A stretch of DNA of 64,000 nucleotides from an uncultured Alphaproteobacteria bacterium (lineage in GTDB: Bacteria; Pseudomonadota; Alphaproteobacteria; Rhizobiales; Xanthobacteraceae): contig CAWFMV010000006.1 in NCBI GenBank assembly GCA_963817015.1, positions 10,509-74,508 on the forward strand, in the 5' to 3' direction. Under the pieces are notes generated by a model, which saw only the letters and a program-made list of their open reading frames with translations, was not told where the DNA came from and made no database searches. How positions within the stretch are numbered: the stretch's first letter is position 1; every line of letters starts with the position of its first letter. This document shows positions 48,441 to 57,530 of the stretch, in pieces. Made by a program: the position numbers and the translations under genes.

Positions 48441-48740
48441 TCAATCGTCATCATCGTCGTCATCATCATCATCGTCGCAGATGACGACCGGCCCCTTCGG
48501 GGTAAAGACGATCTTGCAATCGTCATCATCATCATCATCGTCGTCGTCAGGACCACCGCCAAAGCCGCCACCGGGCCACTTGCGGTGCGGGCGCCCGTGG
48601 GGGGGCTGGTGCTTGCCGGACGAATTGCCGGCGCCTTGGTTGCCATGGCCGTGCCCCTTCGCGACGGCTTCGGACGGGATCGTCAGCGAAGCCGCTGCGA
48701 GGATCGGCAGCGCCAGCAGCGCTTTCGGGATGCTAAACAT
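48441..48740 (-). CDS. small secreted protein with His/Gly-rich segment and two poly-Asp tracts
   Basis: GGAG SD. Signal MFSIPKALLALPILAAASLTIPSEAVA, then KGHGHGNQGAGNSSGKHQPPHGRPHRKWPGGGFGGGP-D10-CKIVFTPKGPVVIC-D11*. Confidence 0.6.
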   Translation of the reverse strand: MFSIPKALLALPILAAASLTIPSEAVAKGHGHGNQGAGNSSGKHQPPHGRPHRKWPGGGFGGGPDDDDDDDDDDCKIVFTPKGPVVICDDDDDDDDDDD

Positions 48741-48931
48741 CGCGTGCTACTCCAGGGTTTGTTGCAAGAGCTTGAGTGCTCTGTCGTGGCCGGACCCTAG
48801 AGAGCGCTATGTCCTCGCGATGTGATGATGGTCACCCAAATGCGCTTTACTCGGGCGAATACGCCCGAGGCGTTAAGCATGACGGGAAGGCCGTCCACAG
48901 CAAATAAGCTGAAGCGAATGAGCCGAGCCCG

Positions 48932-49336
48932 CTATTCGACTTGCTCGGACGCCGGCTTGCCCTTGTCGAAGATCCTCATCTCGATATAGCGCGCGGGCTT
49001 GTCGGTGAGATTCTGCTGGCGGTGAACGGTTCCGCGCGGAACGTAGTTGCTGTCGCCGGCCTTCAGCACCTGCGGCGGCTGGCCCTTGACGGTGAACGTG
49101 ACTTCGCCCTCCTGCACCGCCGTCCATTGATCGCCAGGATGGCGGTGAAACTGGTTGCCTGCGCCTGGCGGCATGGTCACGGACTGCATCCCCACCTCGC
49201 GCGCCGGATCCTTCTCAAGCGGTGTCGCAAAATAGCGATTGTTCTGGAACGGCGGCGTGGTCGCCTGTGACCAGGCCGCCGTCGCGGCGATGGCGGTTAC
49301 CAACAGCACTGATGGAATTATCACCCTATTCATCAT
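48932..49336 (-). CDS. exported cupin-domain protein
   Basis: GGGGAGGAA SD, signal MMNRVIIPSVLLVTAIAATAAWSQA, cupin motifs FHRHPGDQW and YVPRGTVHRQQN. A hairpin ctcgggcg-aata-cgcccgag at 48850-48869 lies downstream. Confidence 0.85.
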   Translation of the reverse strand: MMNRVIIPSVLLVTAIAATAAWSQATTPPFQNNRYFATPLEKDPAREVGMQSVTMPPGAGNQFHRHPGDQWTAVQEGEVTFTVKGQPPQVLKAGDSNYVPRGTVHRQQNLTDKPARYIEMRIFDKGKPASEQVE

Positions 49337-49426
49337 TTCCTCCCCTTGCGACGTGTTCGAGCACACTTCGTTATTCGACGAAGCCTACCTCGTTTGCGCC
49401 AGGGACGGAAAGGGTGGTTTATCCGC

Positions 49427-49568
49427 GTCATGGCAGGGCTTGTCCCGGCCCGCCACGTCTTGCTTGCTGCAATCAAGAAAAGAAAGACGTGGATGCCTGC
49501 GACATCAGCGCGTTCACGCGCATCTTCGACGCGCTATGCGCGGGCATGACGAATCAAACGTTGAGCGC
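49427..49568. repeat. REP-like composite palindromic element (family copy 2)
   Basis: gtcatggcagggcttgtcccggcc...ccacgtctt...aagacgtggatgcctgcgac...gcgggcatgacgaatcaaacgttgagcgc. Homologous to 37184-37287 with about 40 bp of extra internal sequence. Confidence 0.75.
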
Positions 49569-49630
49569 CTTTGGCAGACGAAAGTCCGCGTCATTTCTGA
49601 GCGGCAACGCGATCAATCGCAATGCCGCGC

Positions 49631-50020
49631 TCAATTGTCGTCGTCGGGGTCGATGACCGTTCCGTCGGCCTTGGTCACGTCAATGAGCCATCCGCCCGGT
49701 TGCCCGCCCTTCAAAGGGTGCGCCCGCAAGGTCACCTGTTCGCCGGGCTGCAACGCTCTTGACTCAATGCCGGCGCGTCCCAGCACGACCGACGCTTCGG
49801 TCTCTATCCTCCACTCGACAGCAGGCCCAGTCGCCCCTGGCACCATGATTCGGATGTAGGCATGCGGGTTGGTGTATGTGAAATGCGTCACGGTCCCGGT
49901 CAGCGTGACTTCTTTATCCTTGGCGAACATCACGGTCGAGTGGTGAGCCAGCGCCGGCAGCGCAGCGGCCCCCAGAAGGCCAATGGCAGCAACGGTTCGT
50001 GTCGCGAAGCGGTTGATCAT
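49631..50020 (-). CDS. exported DUF6152-like protein
   Basis: Signal MINRFATRTVAAIGLLGAAALPALA, then HHSTVMFAKDKEVTLTGTVTHFTYTNPHAYI...WRIE pattern. Assigned by eye. Confidence 0.6.
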   Translation of the reverse strand: MINRFATRTVAAIGLLGAAALPALAHHSTVMFAKDKEVTLTGTVTHFTYTNPHAYIRIMVPGATGPAVEWRIETEASVVLGRAGIESRALQPGEQVTLRAHPLKGGQPGGWLIDVTKADGTVIDPDDDN

Positions 50021-50260
50021 TAATCTTTCCCGTGATTGTGGACCGAGCGTAACGCTGCTGCGGAACAGCGCGCCCGCTGCGCATATGGGTAAGCAGCGGG
50101 CCTTCGCTATCGGACCATCTGTCGCACAACCTGCGGGCGCAACGGGACGGCGTCGGGAACTAAATATCCAATGAACGATCACGACCGCGAACGTCGGTCG
50201 CGGGCTTGCAATGCCCAGATGGTGGGCTTCGCTTTCGCTCAGCCCACCCTATGCGTCGCC

Positions 50261-51115
50261 TCACCCTGCCCGCGCGACTTTCTTCTCCGCCGCCTTGAAC
50301 ACCTCGTCGCGGCACCAGGTCGCGAGCTCGCTGCCGGTCGCAAACCAGACGCCGCCCGCATCTTTCATGTGGCGGATGATGGTGCGCAACGCCTTGGCGC
50401 GGCCCGGCCGTCCCGAGATATAGGGATGAAACTGGAACGGGCAGTAAGCCGGCCGGTGCGGCGACTCCTCGTGGAATTCGTCGAACATTCCCTTCCACAC
50501 GATGAGCGCATTCTCCGGATTGCCGGCATCGTTGTTGGAATGCTGATAGGTGCGGCCGTCACCGAACGGCTGTCGCGGCAGCTCGACCAGCACTTTGCCA
50601 CCCAACTCCCACAGGAACGGCAGATCGTGGGAGAACGAATTGCTGTTCCAGAGAAAGCCGTGCTCCATGAGCAGCTCGATGCTGTTCGGGCTCTGCGTGC
50701 ATGAGCGCCAGCCGATCGGCCGATTGCCGGCGCGCTGGCGGATCATGTCGGCGGTCCTGCGCATCACCTCGTCTTCCTGATCACGCGTGAGATCGCGCGC
50801 GACCTCGTGGTGGTAGCCGTGACCAGCGACCTCGTGACCACCGGCGACGATCGCCTTCACGGCTTCCGGAAAGCGCTCGGCAATGCCGCCGCAGGTGAGG
50901 AACGTCGCCTTGACGCCTTCCTGCTCGAGAATGCGCAGAATGCGCCACACGCCAGTGTGCGGCCCGTACTCGCACTGGGTGTATTCCTCGTGGTCCATCA
51001 GGCCATTCGGCAGCGGGCGCACATCCTCGCCGCCCTGGAAGTCGAAGGTCAGCGTCACCGCGACCCGATTGTTATTGGGCCAAAAGAGCTTATCCGAATG
51101 GTATTCCCTCAACAT
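50261..51115 (-). CDS. polysaccharide deacetylase (NodB-fold) family protein
   Basis: GGGAGGA SD and ATG at 51115. VAVTLTFDFQGGED, GHEVAGHGYHHE and LPRQPFGDG motifs. Confidence 0.83.
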   Translation of the reverse strand: MLREYHSDKLFWPNNNRVAVTLTFDFQGGEDVRPLPNGLMDHEEYTQCEYGPHTGVWRILRILEQEGVKATFLTCGGIAERFPEAVKAIVAGGHEVAGHGYHHEVARDLTRDQEDEVMRRTADMIRQRAGNRPIGWRSCTQSPNSIELLMEHGFLWNSNSFSHDLPFLWELGGKVLVELPRQPFGDGRTYQHSNNDAGNPENALIVWKGMFDEFHEESPHRPAYCPFQFHPYISGRPGRAKALRTIIRHMKDAGGVWFATGSELATWCRDEVFKAAEKKVARAG

Positions 51116-51266
51116 GCATTCCTCCCTGCGGTTACCGGCAAGATGCTTGTTTCCCGACACCATGGCAACAGGCACCACCCCGAAACTACTTGGAAACCAT
51201 GTCGCATCAGGGTCGGGTAACATTCCCCCGCTAGGGTCACCGTCCAGGTGAGGACGTGCCTTCCCT

Positions 51267-52655
51267 ATGACCGCTCTTGATCTCGCCGAGAACGGCAAGG
51301 TGCCGTCGCAGGCCGACGCGCTGGCGCGTTGGTCACGCGCGCTGTCGGTTTTGCTTTTTCTCTCGAGCATCGCGGCCCTGATCATTCAGCTCGGCTGGCA
51401 GGCCGCGCTGGCGCACCGCTTTGGCGGCAATGCCGAGCTGATGATGATTCTGTCTGTTGCGCTCGGGCTTGGTGCCGGTGGCCTCATCGGCGGCCTGCTC
51501 GCGCCAACATTCTCGCCCCGTTCACCGTTGCTCGTGCTGGCAGCTATTGCCGCTATGAACGGCGCGTGCGCGTATGTTTGGCCGATCCCGAACGATGGCG
51601 CCGCGCCAATGCTCGCTGTAGCACCAGTGCTGGCGAGCGCACTGCTCACAGGCGCGACGTTACCGGCTACGCTCGGGCCGCTCATCCGCCGCATCGGCAG
51701 CGCCGGTAGCGCGTTCGGCGATTGCCTGTTCGCGGTCATGCTTGGCGCCGCCGTTGCGTGCCTTGCCAGCGTGTCGGTGTTGCAACCGTTCTTCGGCGAT
51801 TGGGCGACGCCAGGTGTTGCCATCGCACTCAATGCCGCGGTCGTCATCGGTGCGCTTGTGGCGCACTGCCGCTCTGCAATCTTCATCGACGCGACCTTGC
51901 CGCAACGTCCGCCGCTCATCTCACTACGTCGCGTCCTGCTACTTGCCGCTATCGCGGGCGCCTTGGCGATGTCGTATGTGGTGTTCTTTGCGCGCGCGGT
52001 GACCTACGCGACAGCACCGAGCCAGCCCGCTTTCGTCGCGACGCTCGCCGCCTTCCTGCTCGGGCTCGCGGCGGGCGCTCGTCGCGCCGGACGGCATTGC
52101 GCACTATTCTCTGCCGAGGAGCTGATGCGGCGTGCTGCGCGCAGCGCCATGGCCGTCAATCTGATCGGGCTTGCGGCGCTGCCGCTCATCCAGCAGCTCG
52201 CCTGGCTCGATGGCGCGGTCATCGTTCTTGTCATGTTGTTGTGTGTGCTGATCGCGCGAGCCTGCGGCGCGCTCCTGCCCTACCTGGCCGAGCTCGCCAT
52301 CACGACTGACACGGCCCCTGGCTGGCGTAGCGCGCTGCTGTGCGTTGCATATGTCGCAGGCGCGGCCGCCGGCGCCTGCGTGACCGGCCAAGTGCTCATG
52401 GAGCAATTTGGCTTCGCCGCTATCGGTGCCGGCCTGGTCATTGCCGGTGTCCTCTACACGCTCCTTCTGGTCGCGCTGCTCGATCTGCCACGCTGGCAGA
52501 AGGTCGTGCGCGGCATGACCGCGGCCACGGTCGCCGTCCTTGCGTTGGCATTGCTGCCAAGCTGGTCGGCGAACGTGGTCGAGAAAATTCAGGCAAGGGC
52601 CGCCGCCGACGCCAAGCCCGCGATCGACCTCCAGCACGACCGCAGCCGCAGCTAG
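51267..52655 (+). CDS. polytopic membrane protein resembling the membrane domain of fused spermidine-synthase-like proteins
   Basis: 462 aa, about 12 hydrophobic segments. The N-terminal FLSSIAALIIQLGWQAALAHRFGGNAELMMILSVALGLGAGGLIGG pattern resembles that family, but no C-terminal synthase domain is present. Confidence 0.6.
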   Translation: MTALDLAENGKVPSQADALARWSRALSVLLFLSSIAALIIQLGWQAALAHRFGGNAELMMILSVALGLGAGGLIGGLLAPTFSPRSPLLVLAAIAAMNGACAYVWPIPNDGAAPMLAVAPVLASALLTGATLPATLGPLIRRIGSAGSAFGDCLFAVMLGAAVACLASVSVLQPFFGDWATPGVAIALNAAVVIGALVAHCRSAIFIDATLPQRPPLISLRRVLLLAAIAGALAMSYVVFFARAVTYATAPSQPAFVATLAAFLLGLAAGARRAGRHCALFSAEELMRRAARSAMAVNLIGLAALPLIQQLAWLDGAVIVLVMLLCVLIARACGALLPYLAELAITTDTAPGWRSALLCVAYVAGAAAGACVTGQVLMEQFGFAAIGAGLVIAGVLYTLLLVALLDLPRWQKVVRGMTAATVAVLALALLPSWSANVVEKIQARAAADAKPAIDLQHDRSRS

Positions 52656-52819
52656 AGTAGTCCCTTCACGGAATAGGGGCGGTCCCGGCCAACAGGCCAC
52701 AAACGCCTGCAAGCATAAACCCGCCATAACCATGCTGCTCTCGCCATGGATTGGCGCGGGCTTTGCGCGTATTGCTAGGGCCACCACAGGGGGCGCCGGA
52801 AGCCGGCGAGGAGGCGATC

Positions 52820-54656
52820 ATGGCACGCCAGAAGAAGAACGGAGCAAGCAAGAAGAAGAACGAAGCCTCCGGCAAGCGCATCCTGCGCTCGCGCTACTGG
52901 TTCGACCATCCGGACGATCCGGAGGCGACCGCGCTCTACTTCGAGCGCTACCTGAACTTCGGCTTCACCCGGACGGAGATCACGTCCGGGCGACCGATCA
53001 TCGGCATCGCGCAGTCAGGCTCCGACCTCTCCCCTTGCAACCGCCATCACCTGCAGCTTGCCGAGCGCGTGCGCGACGGCATCCGCGATGCCGGCGGCAT
53101 CGCGATCGAATTTCCGATGCATCCGATCCAGGAGACCGGCAAGCGGCCGACCGCCGCGCTCGACCGCAATCTTGCTTATCTGAGCTTGGTCGAAGTGCTG
53201 TACGGCTATCCGCTCGACGGCGTCGTGCTGACCACCGGCTGCGACAAGACCACGCCGGCCGCCATCATGGCGGCCGCGACCGTGAACATTCCGGCGATCG
53301 TGCTCTCGGGCGGCCCGATGTTGAACGGCTGGTGGAAGGGCAACCGCGCCGGCTCCGGCACCATCAAGTGGGCCTCCGGCAAGCTCTACAAGGCCGGCGA
53401 AGATCGACTACGACGAGTATCTCGACTCGGTCGCGGCCGCCGCGCCATCGATCGGCCATTGCAACACGATGGGCACCGCCTCGACCATGAACGCGCTCGC
53501 CGAGGCGCTCGGCCTGTCACTGCCGGGCTGCGCCTCGATCCCGGCGCCCTATCGCGAGCGCGGGCAGATCGCCTACGAGACCGGCCGGCGCGCGGTCGAG
53601 ATCGTCCACGAGGATATCAAGCCGTCCGACATTCTGACCCGCGAGGCGTTCGAGAACGCCATCGTGGTCTGCAGCGCCATCGGCGGCTCGACCAACGCGC
53701 CGGTCCATCTCAACGCGATCGCACGCCACGCCGGCGTCAAGCTCGCGATCGAGGACTGGGAGACGGTCGGCTATGACGTGCCGCTGATCGTCAACATGCA
53801 GCCGGCCGGCCAATATCTCGGCGAGGAATATCACCGCGCCGGCGGGCTGCCGGCGGTGCTCAGTGAGCTCATCAAGGCCAAGCGCATCCACGGCAATGCC
53901 AAGACCATCAGCGGCAAGAGCATTGCGGAGAACACAAGCGGCGCCACCATCAAGGATGAGGACGTGATCTATCCCTACACGAAGCCGCTCAAGGAGAAGG
54001 CCGGCTTCAAGGTGCTGCATGGCAACCTGTTCGATTCCGCCATCATGAAAATCAGCGTGATCGCGGACGAGTTCCGCCAGCGCTACCTCTCTGATCCCAA
54101 GGACCCCGATGCCTTCGAGGGACGCGCGGTGGTGTTCGACGGGCCGGAGGACTACCACAAGCGCATCGACGACCCTTCGCTCAAGATCGATGAGCGCACC
54201 ATGCTGTTCATCCGCGGCGTCGGACCGATCGGCTATCCGGGCTCCTCGGAAGTGGTCAACATGCAGCCGCCCGCTGCGCTGCTCAAGAAAGGCATTACCT
54301 CGCTGCCGTGCATCGGCGACGGACGGCAGTCGGGCACATCGGGCTCGCCTTCGATCCTGAACGCGACGCCGGAGGCGGCGGCGGGTGGCGGGCTTGCGCT
54401 GCTCCAGACCGGCGACCGCGTGCGCATCGATCTGCGCAATGGTACCGCCAACATTTTGATCTCTCCCGAGGAGCTGGCCGAGCGGCGTGCCGCGTTGCAG
54501 AAGCGCGGCGGCTATCCCTATCCCGAGAGCCAGACCCCCTGGCAGGAGATCCAGCGCGACATCGTCGACCAGCTCGCCGACGGTATGGTGCTCAAGCCGG
54601 CGGTCAAGTACCAGCGGGTTGCGCAAAAGGCCGGCGTGCCACGGAACAGCCATTGA
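52820..54656 (+). pseudogene. IlvD/Edd-family sugar-acid/dihydroxy-acid dehydratase, one frame break at ~53402
   Basis: [44 protein letters not shown] and [10 protein letters not shown] motifs. The break is resolved as gaa[g]atc. Confidence 0.88.
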
Positions 54657-54719
54657 CGCGAAACAGTTATTAATGCCACGCGTGTCGAAGCAGCACCTGA
54701 TACGAAGAGAATACCTAGC

Positions 54720-56093
54720 ATGGCGCAAGGGCTGAACGCGGCAGACCGCCCATCCGCATTTCCGATGGCGGCATCGGCCGGCACGATCACGCTCATTGCG
54801 ACGCTCGCCGCGCTGGGCTTTGCGCTCACGGTAGTCCTGTTTTTTCCGGGCTACCTGACCAACGATGCCACCTTCGTCTATCAGTACATGCGTGACTGGC
54901 GTTTCGGCGACTGGCAATCGCCGCTCATGAGCATGCTGTGGTGGGTGATCGACCCGATCTCGCCCGGCCCGGGCAGCATGTTTCTCCTGATCGCGTTTTC
55001 CTATTGGCTCGGGTTCGCCCTCGTCGGTATCGCGCTGGCGCGTCGATCCGCATTGCTGGGCGTGGTGGTGCCGCTCCTCGGGCTCGTTCCGCCTTCCTTT
55101 ATGATGCTCGCCATGCTCTGGCGCGACATTCTGTTCGCAGCAGCCTGGCTGCTCGCCGCTGCGATCGTGCTGCTGATGGCGGATCGCGGCCCTACGGCGC
55201 GCATCGTAGCGGCAGCCGTTGCGCTCGTGCTGACTGGCTTCGGGGTGCTGTTGCGGCCGACCGCTTTCGTTGCCGCGCCGCTCCTCATCGGCTATGCGCT
55301 CTGGCCGATGCGCTTCGAATGGCGGCGCATGACGATCCTGTTCTTGCCGGCGATCGCGGCCGGCTTCCTGCTGATTCATCTCGTCTACTACGTCATCCTC
55401 GACGTGAAGCGCGAGAACCCGCTGCACTCGGTCTTCGTCTTCGATCTCGGCGGCATCACGCATTTCAGCGGCGAGAACCAGTTTCCGGTGGAATGGAGCG
55501 CGGAGGAGACCGCGCTCCTGACCCTCCGCTGCTACAATCCCGATCGCTGGGACGTCTACTGGACGCTCGAGCCCTGCCGCTTCGTGATGGCACGCCTCGA
55601 GCGGCCCGACGACGTCATCTTCGGCACCCCGCGGCTGACCGAAGCCTGGAAGGAAGCCGTCACATCGGAGCCGCTTGCCTATCTGCGCCACCGCCTCACC
55701 TTCTTCTGGCGGTTCCTGGCCGACCCCGACACGCTCACGTTCGAGCTCTACAAGATCAATGATCCTGCAACGCCGCTCGCCGGCAACGACCGCTTCAAGG
55801 CGATGGTGGCGCTGCACGACACGCTCAAGGCGACAGTGCTGTTCCGGCCGGGCTTCTGGCTGATACTCTCCGGCATGATCGTCATCGTGGCGATGCCGGC
55901 GCGCACGCGCCGCGCGGGCGCCTTCGCCATCGCGGTGGCCGGCTCGGCCACGATCTACGTGCTGACGTTTCTGCCGTTCGGAGTCGCGGCCGACTTCCGC
56001 TATGGCTACTGGTGCGTGCCGGCCTGCCTCGTGAGTGCGGCCGCGCTGTTCGCCGCCTACCGAGAGCGAGAGCCTGAATCACCGTCCAGATGA
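54720..56093 (+). CDS. polytopic membrane protein, possible GT-C-fold glycosyltransferase
   Basis: 457 aa with at least 9 hydrophobic segments plus a ~150-aa soluble loop. The first loop carries acidic/aromatic residues (TNDATFVYQYMRDWRFGDW). The function call is an inference. Confidence 0.55.
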   Translation: MAQGLNAADRPSAFPMAASAGTITLIATLAALGFALTVVLFFPGYLTNDATFVYQYMRDWRFGDWQSPLMSMLWWVIDPISPGPGSMFLLIAFSYWLGFALVGIALARRSALLGVVVPLLGLVPPSFMMLAMLWRDILFAAAWLLAAAIVLLMADRGPTARIVAAAVALVLTGFGVLLRPTAFVAAPLLIGYALWPMRFEWRRMTILFLPAIAAGFLLIHLVYYVILDVKRENPLHSVFVFDLGGITHFSGENQFPVEWSAEETALLTLRCYNPDRWDVYWTLEPCRFVMARLERPDDVIFGTPRLTEAWKEAVTSEPLAYLRHRLTFFWRFLADPDTLTFELYKINDPATPLAGNDRFKAMVALHDTLKATVLFRPGFWLILSGMIVIVAMPARTRRAGAFAIAVAGSATIYVLTFLPFGVAADFRYGYWCVPACLVSAAALFAAYREREPESPSR

Positions 56094-56857
56094 CGGGCAT
56101 TCTCTCGCAGACGCACCAGCACCGCGCGCGTTTCCTCGACCACGCTCTTGATGATCGCGGCGCCAAGCTCGGCCGAGGCCGCGGCGGCATCGCCGATGAC
56201 GCCATCGCGCGCCAGGCGCGGATCGTCAGTGCGCCAGGGCCAGCTGGTGCCGCGATCGAAGATCAGCGCCCGAATGGCGTCAGGCTCGCGGTCGAACTCC
56301 GCCGCCAACTCGCGGCGCACGAGATCGGGCGCGAGCGCGAGCATCACCGAGGTCTCGTGCCGCCCGCCATGCACGTCGGGCACTGCGATGCTGCGGTCGA
56401 CCTTGGCAAGATCGAAGGGGTGGATAGCGCAGGCATTGAGTCCGAAGTCTCCCGCGAGCTCGAGCAGCAGGGTCTCGAGCACGCCGCGATTGCCGCCGTG
56501 GCCATTGAGGATCAGGAGATTGCGCGCCGGCAGCGCGCGCACGAGCGTGGCGGCAAGCTCGCGCAGGTGCGTGACAAAGCCTGTGATCGATAGCGACAGC
56601 GTGCCGGCGGCCCAGTCATGCTCGCGCGCAAGGCCGACCGGAACGACCGGCAGCTGCCAGAGGTCGAGCTCCTCGCCCCAGTGGGCCACGATCGCGCGCG
56701 TGAGCCCTTCGGCTACCACGACATCGGTGTTGAGCGGCAGATGCGGACCGTGCTGCTCGATCGACCCGAGCGGCAGGCACAGGATCGAGGTCTTGCTGAT
56801 CAGCCGCGCACTCTCGGCCGACGTTAATTCGACGACCCGTCGGTTTGGCGCAGCCAT
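56057..56857 (-). CDS. creatininase (creatinine amidohydrolase/MftE) family protein
   Basis: LPLGSIEQHGPHLPLNTD, LNGHGGN and HGGRHETS motifs; 266 aa. Its 3' end overlaps the convergent gene by 37 nt. Confidence 0.87.
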   Translation of the reverse strand: MAAPNRRVVELTSAESARLISKTSILCLPLGSIEQHGPHLPLNTDVVVAEGLTRAIVAHWGEELDLWQLPVVPVGLAREHDWAAGTLSLSITGFVTHLRELAATLVRALPARNLLILNGHGGNRGVLETLLLELAGDFGLNACAIHPFDLAKVDRSIAVPDVHGGRHETSVMLALAPDLVRRELAAEFDREPDAIRALIFDRGTSWPWRTDDPRLARDGVIGDAAAASAELGAAIIKSVVEETRAVLVRLRENARHLDGDSGSRSR

Positions 56858-56860
56858 GCG

Positions 56861-57412
56861 TCAGCCGCTGACCATGCGCATGAGGACGCGATCCTTGCGC
56901 ACAAAATGGTGGAACAGCGCCGCGCCGATATGCATGGCGGCAACCACCGCGATCGAGATTCCAACGACCTTGTGAATGGCCAGCAGTTGCTCGGAGAGCG
57001 CACGGTTCACCGGCCAGATCGATGGCAGGTTGAACAGGCCGTAGATGGGCACAGGCGCCGGATAGGCAGCCGTCGCGATCCAGCCGAGAAATACCTGCAC
57101 CACTACGAGGCCATAAAGCAGGTAATGCGTAGCGTGGGCGGCAAATTGCTGGATCGCCGGAATGTCGGCGGGCAGCGGCGGCGGCGGGTGTCCCCAGCGA
57201 TAGAAGATGCGGATGAGAATGACCGGGATCAGCACCGCGCCGTTTGACTTGTGCAGGTCGTAAAGCTGGTCCTGCCAGGCGCCAGTCCATTTGTTGGCGA
57301 TAAGGATGCCCAGCACGATCTGGGCCAGCACCAGGATCGCTGTGATCCAGTGCAGCACGCGCGCGGTTGCGGTGTAGCCCGCGCTCGTTTCCATCGCCCC
57401 TTGGTCGCCCAT
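56861..57412 (-). CDS. cytochrome b561 family protein
   Basis: Four TM segments with conserved His (VLHWITAIL..., LHKSNG, HATHYLLY, AIHKVVG...HIGAALFHHF). 3-nt gap to the creatininase gene. Confidence 0.87.
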   Translation of the reverse strand: MGDQGAMETSAGYTATARVLHWITAILVLAQIVLGILIANKWTGAWQDQLYDLHKSNGAVLIPVILIRIFYRWGHPPPPLPADIPAIQQFAAHATHYLLYGLVVVQVFLGWIATAAYPAPVPIYGLFNLPSIWPVNRALSEQLLAIHKVVGISIAVVAAMHIGAALFHHFVRKDRVLMRMVSG

Positions 57413-57530
57413 CGCGCTTGCCCCTCGCTAGTGCGGACTTCTGAACCGCCACACTATGCGGGCGCATGCTCCGCACGAACAAGCGCCACTCTTGGATAGT
57501 AGCGCATGTCGCGAGACCAATGGAACGGGA

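Noticed and set aside
48481-48825. Plus-strand ORF with a poly-Ser tract opposite the poly-Asp gene
   Set aside because: It is a mirror image of the GAT/GAC repeats. It has no signal peptide or SD, whereas the minus-strand ORF has both.
53517-55817. 766-aa minus-strand ORF, the longest in the track
   Set aside because: It is antisense to the well-supported IlvD/Edd dehydratase and the 457-aa membrane protein. Its Arg/Ala/Gly/His-rich low-complexity translation has no motifs. This is a typical high-GC shadow ORF.
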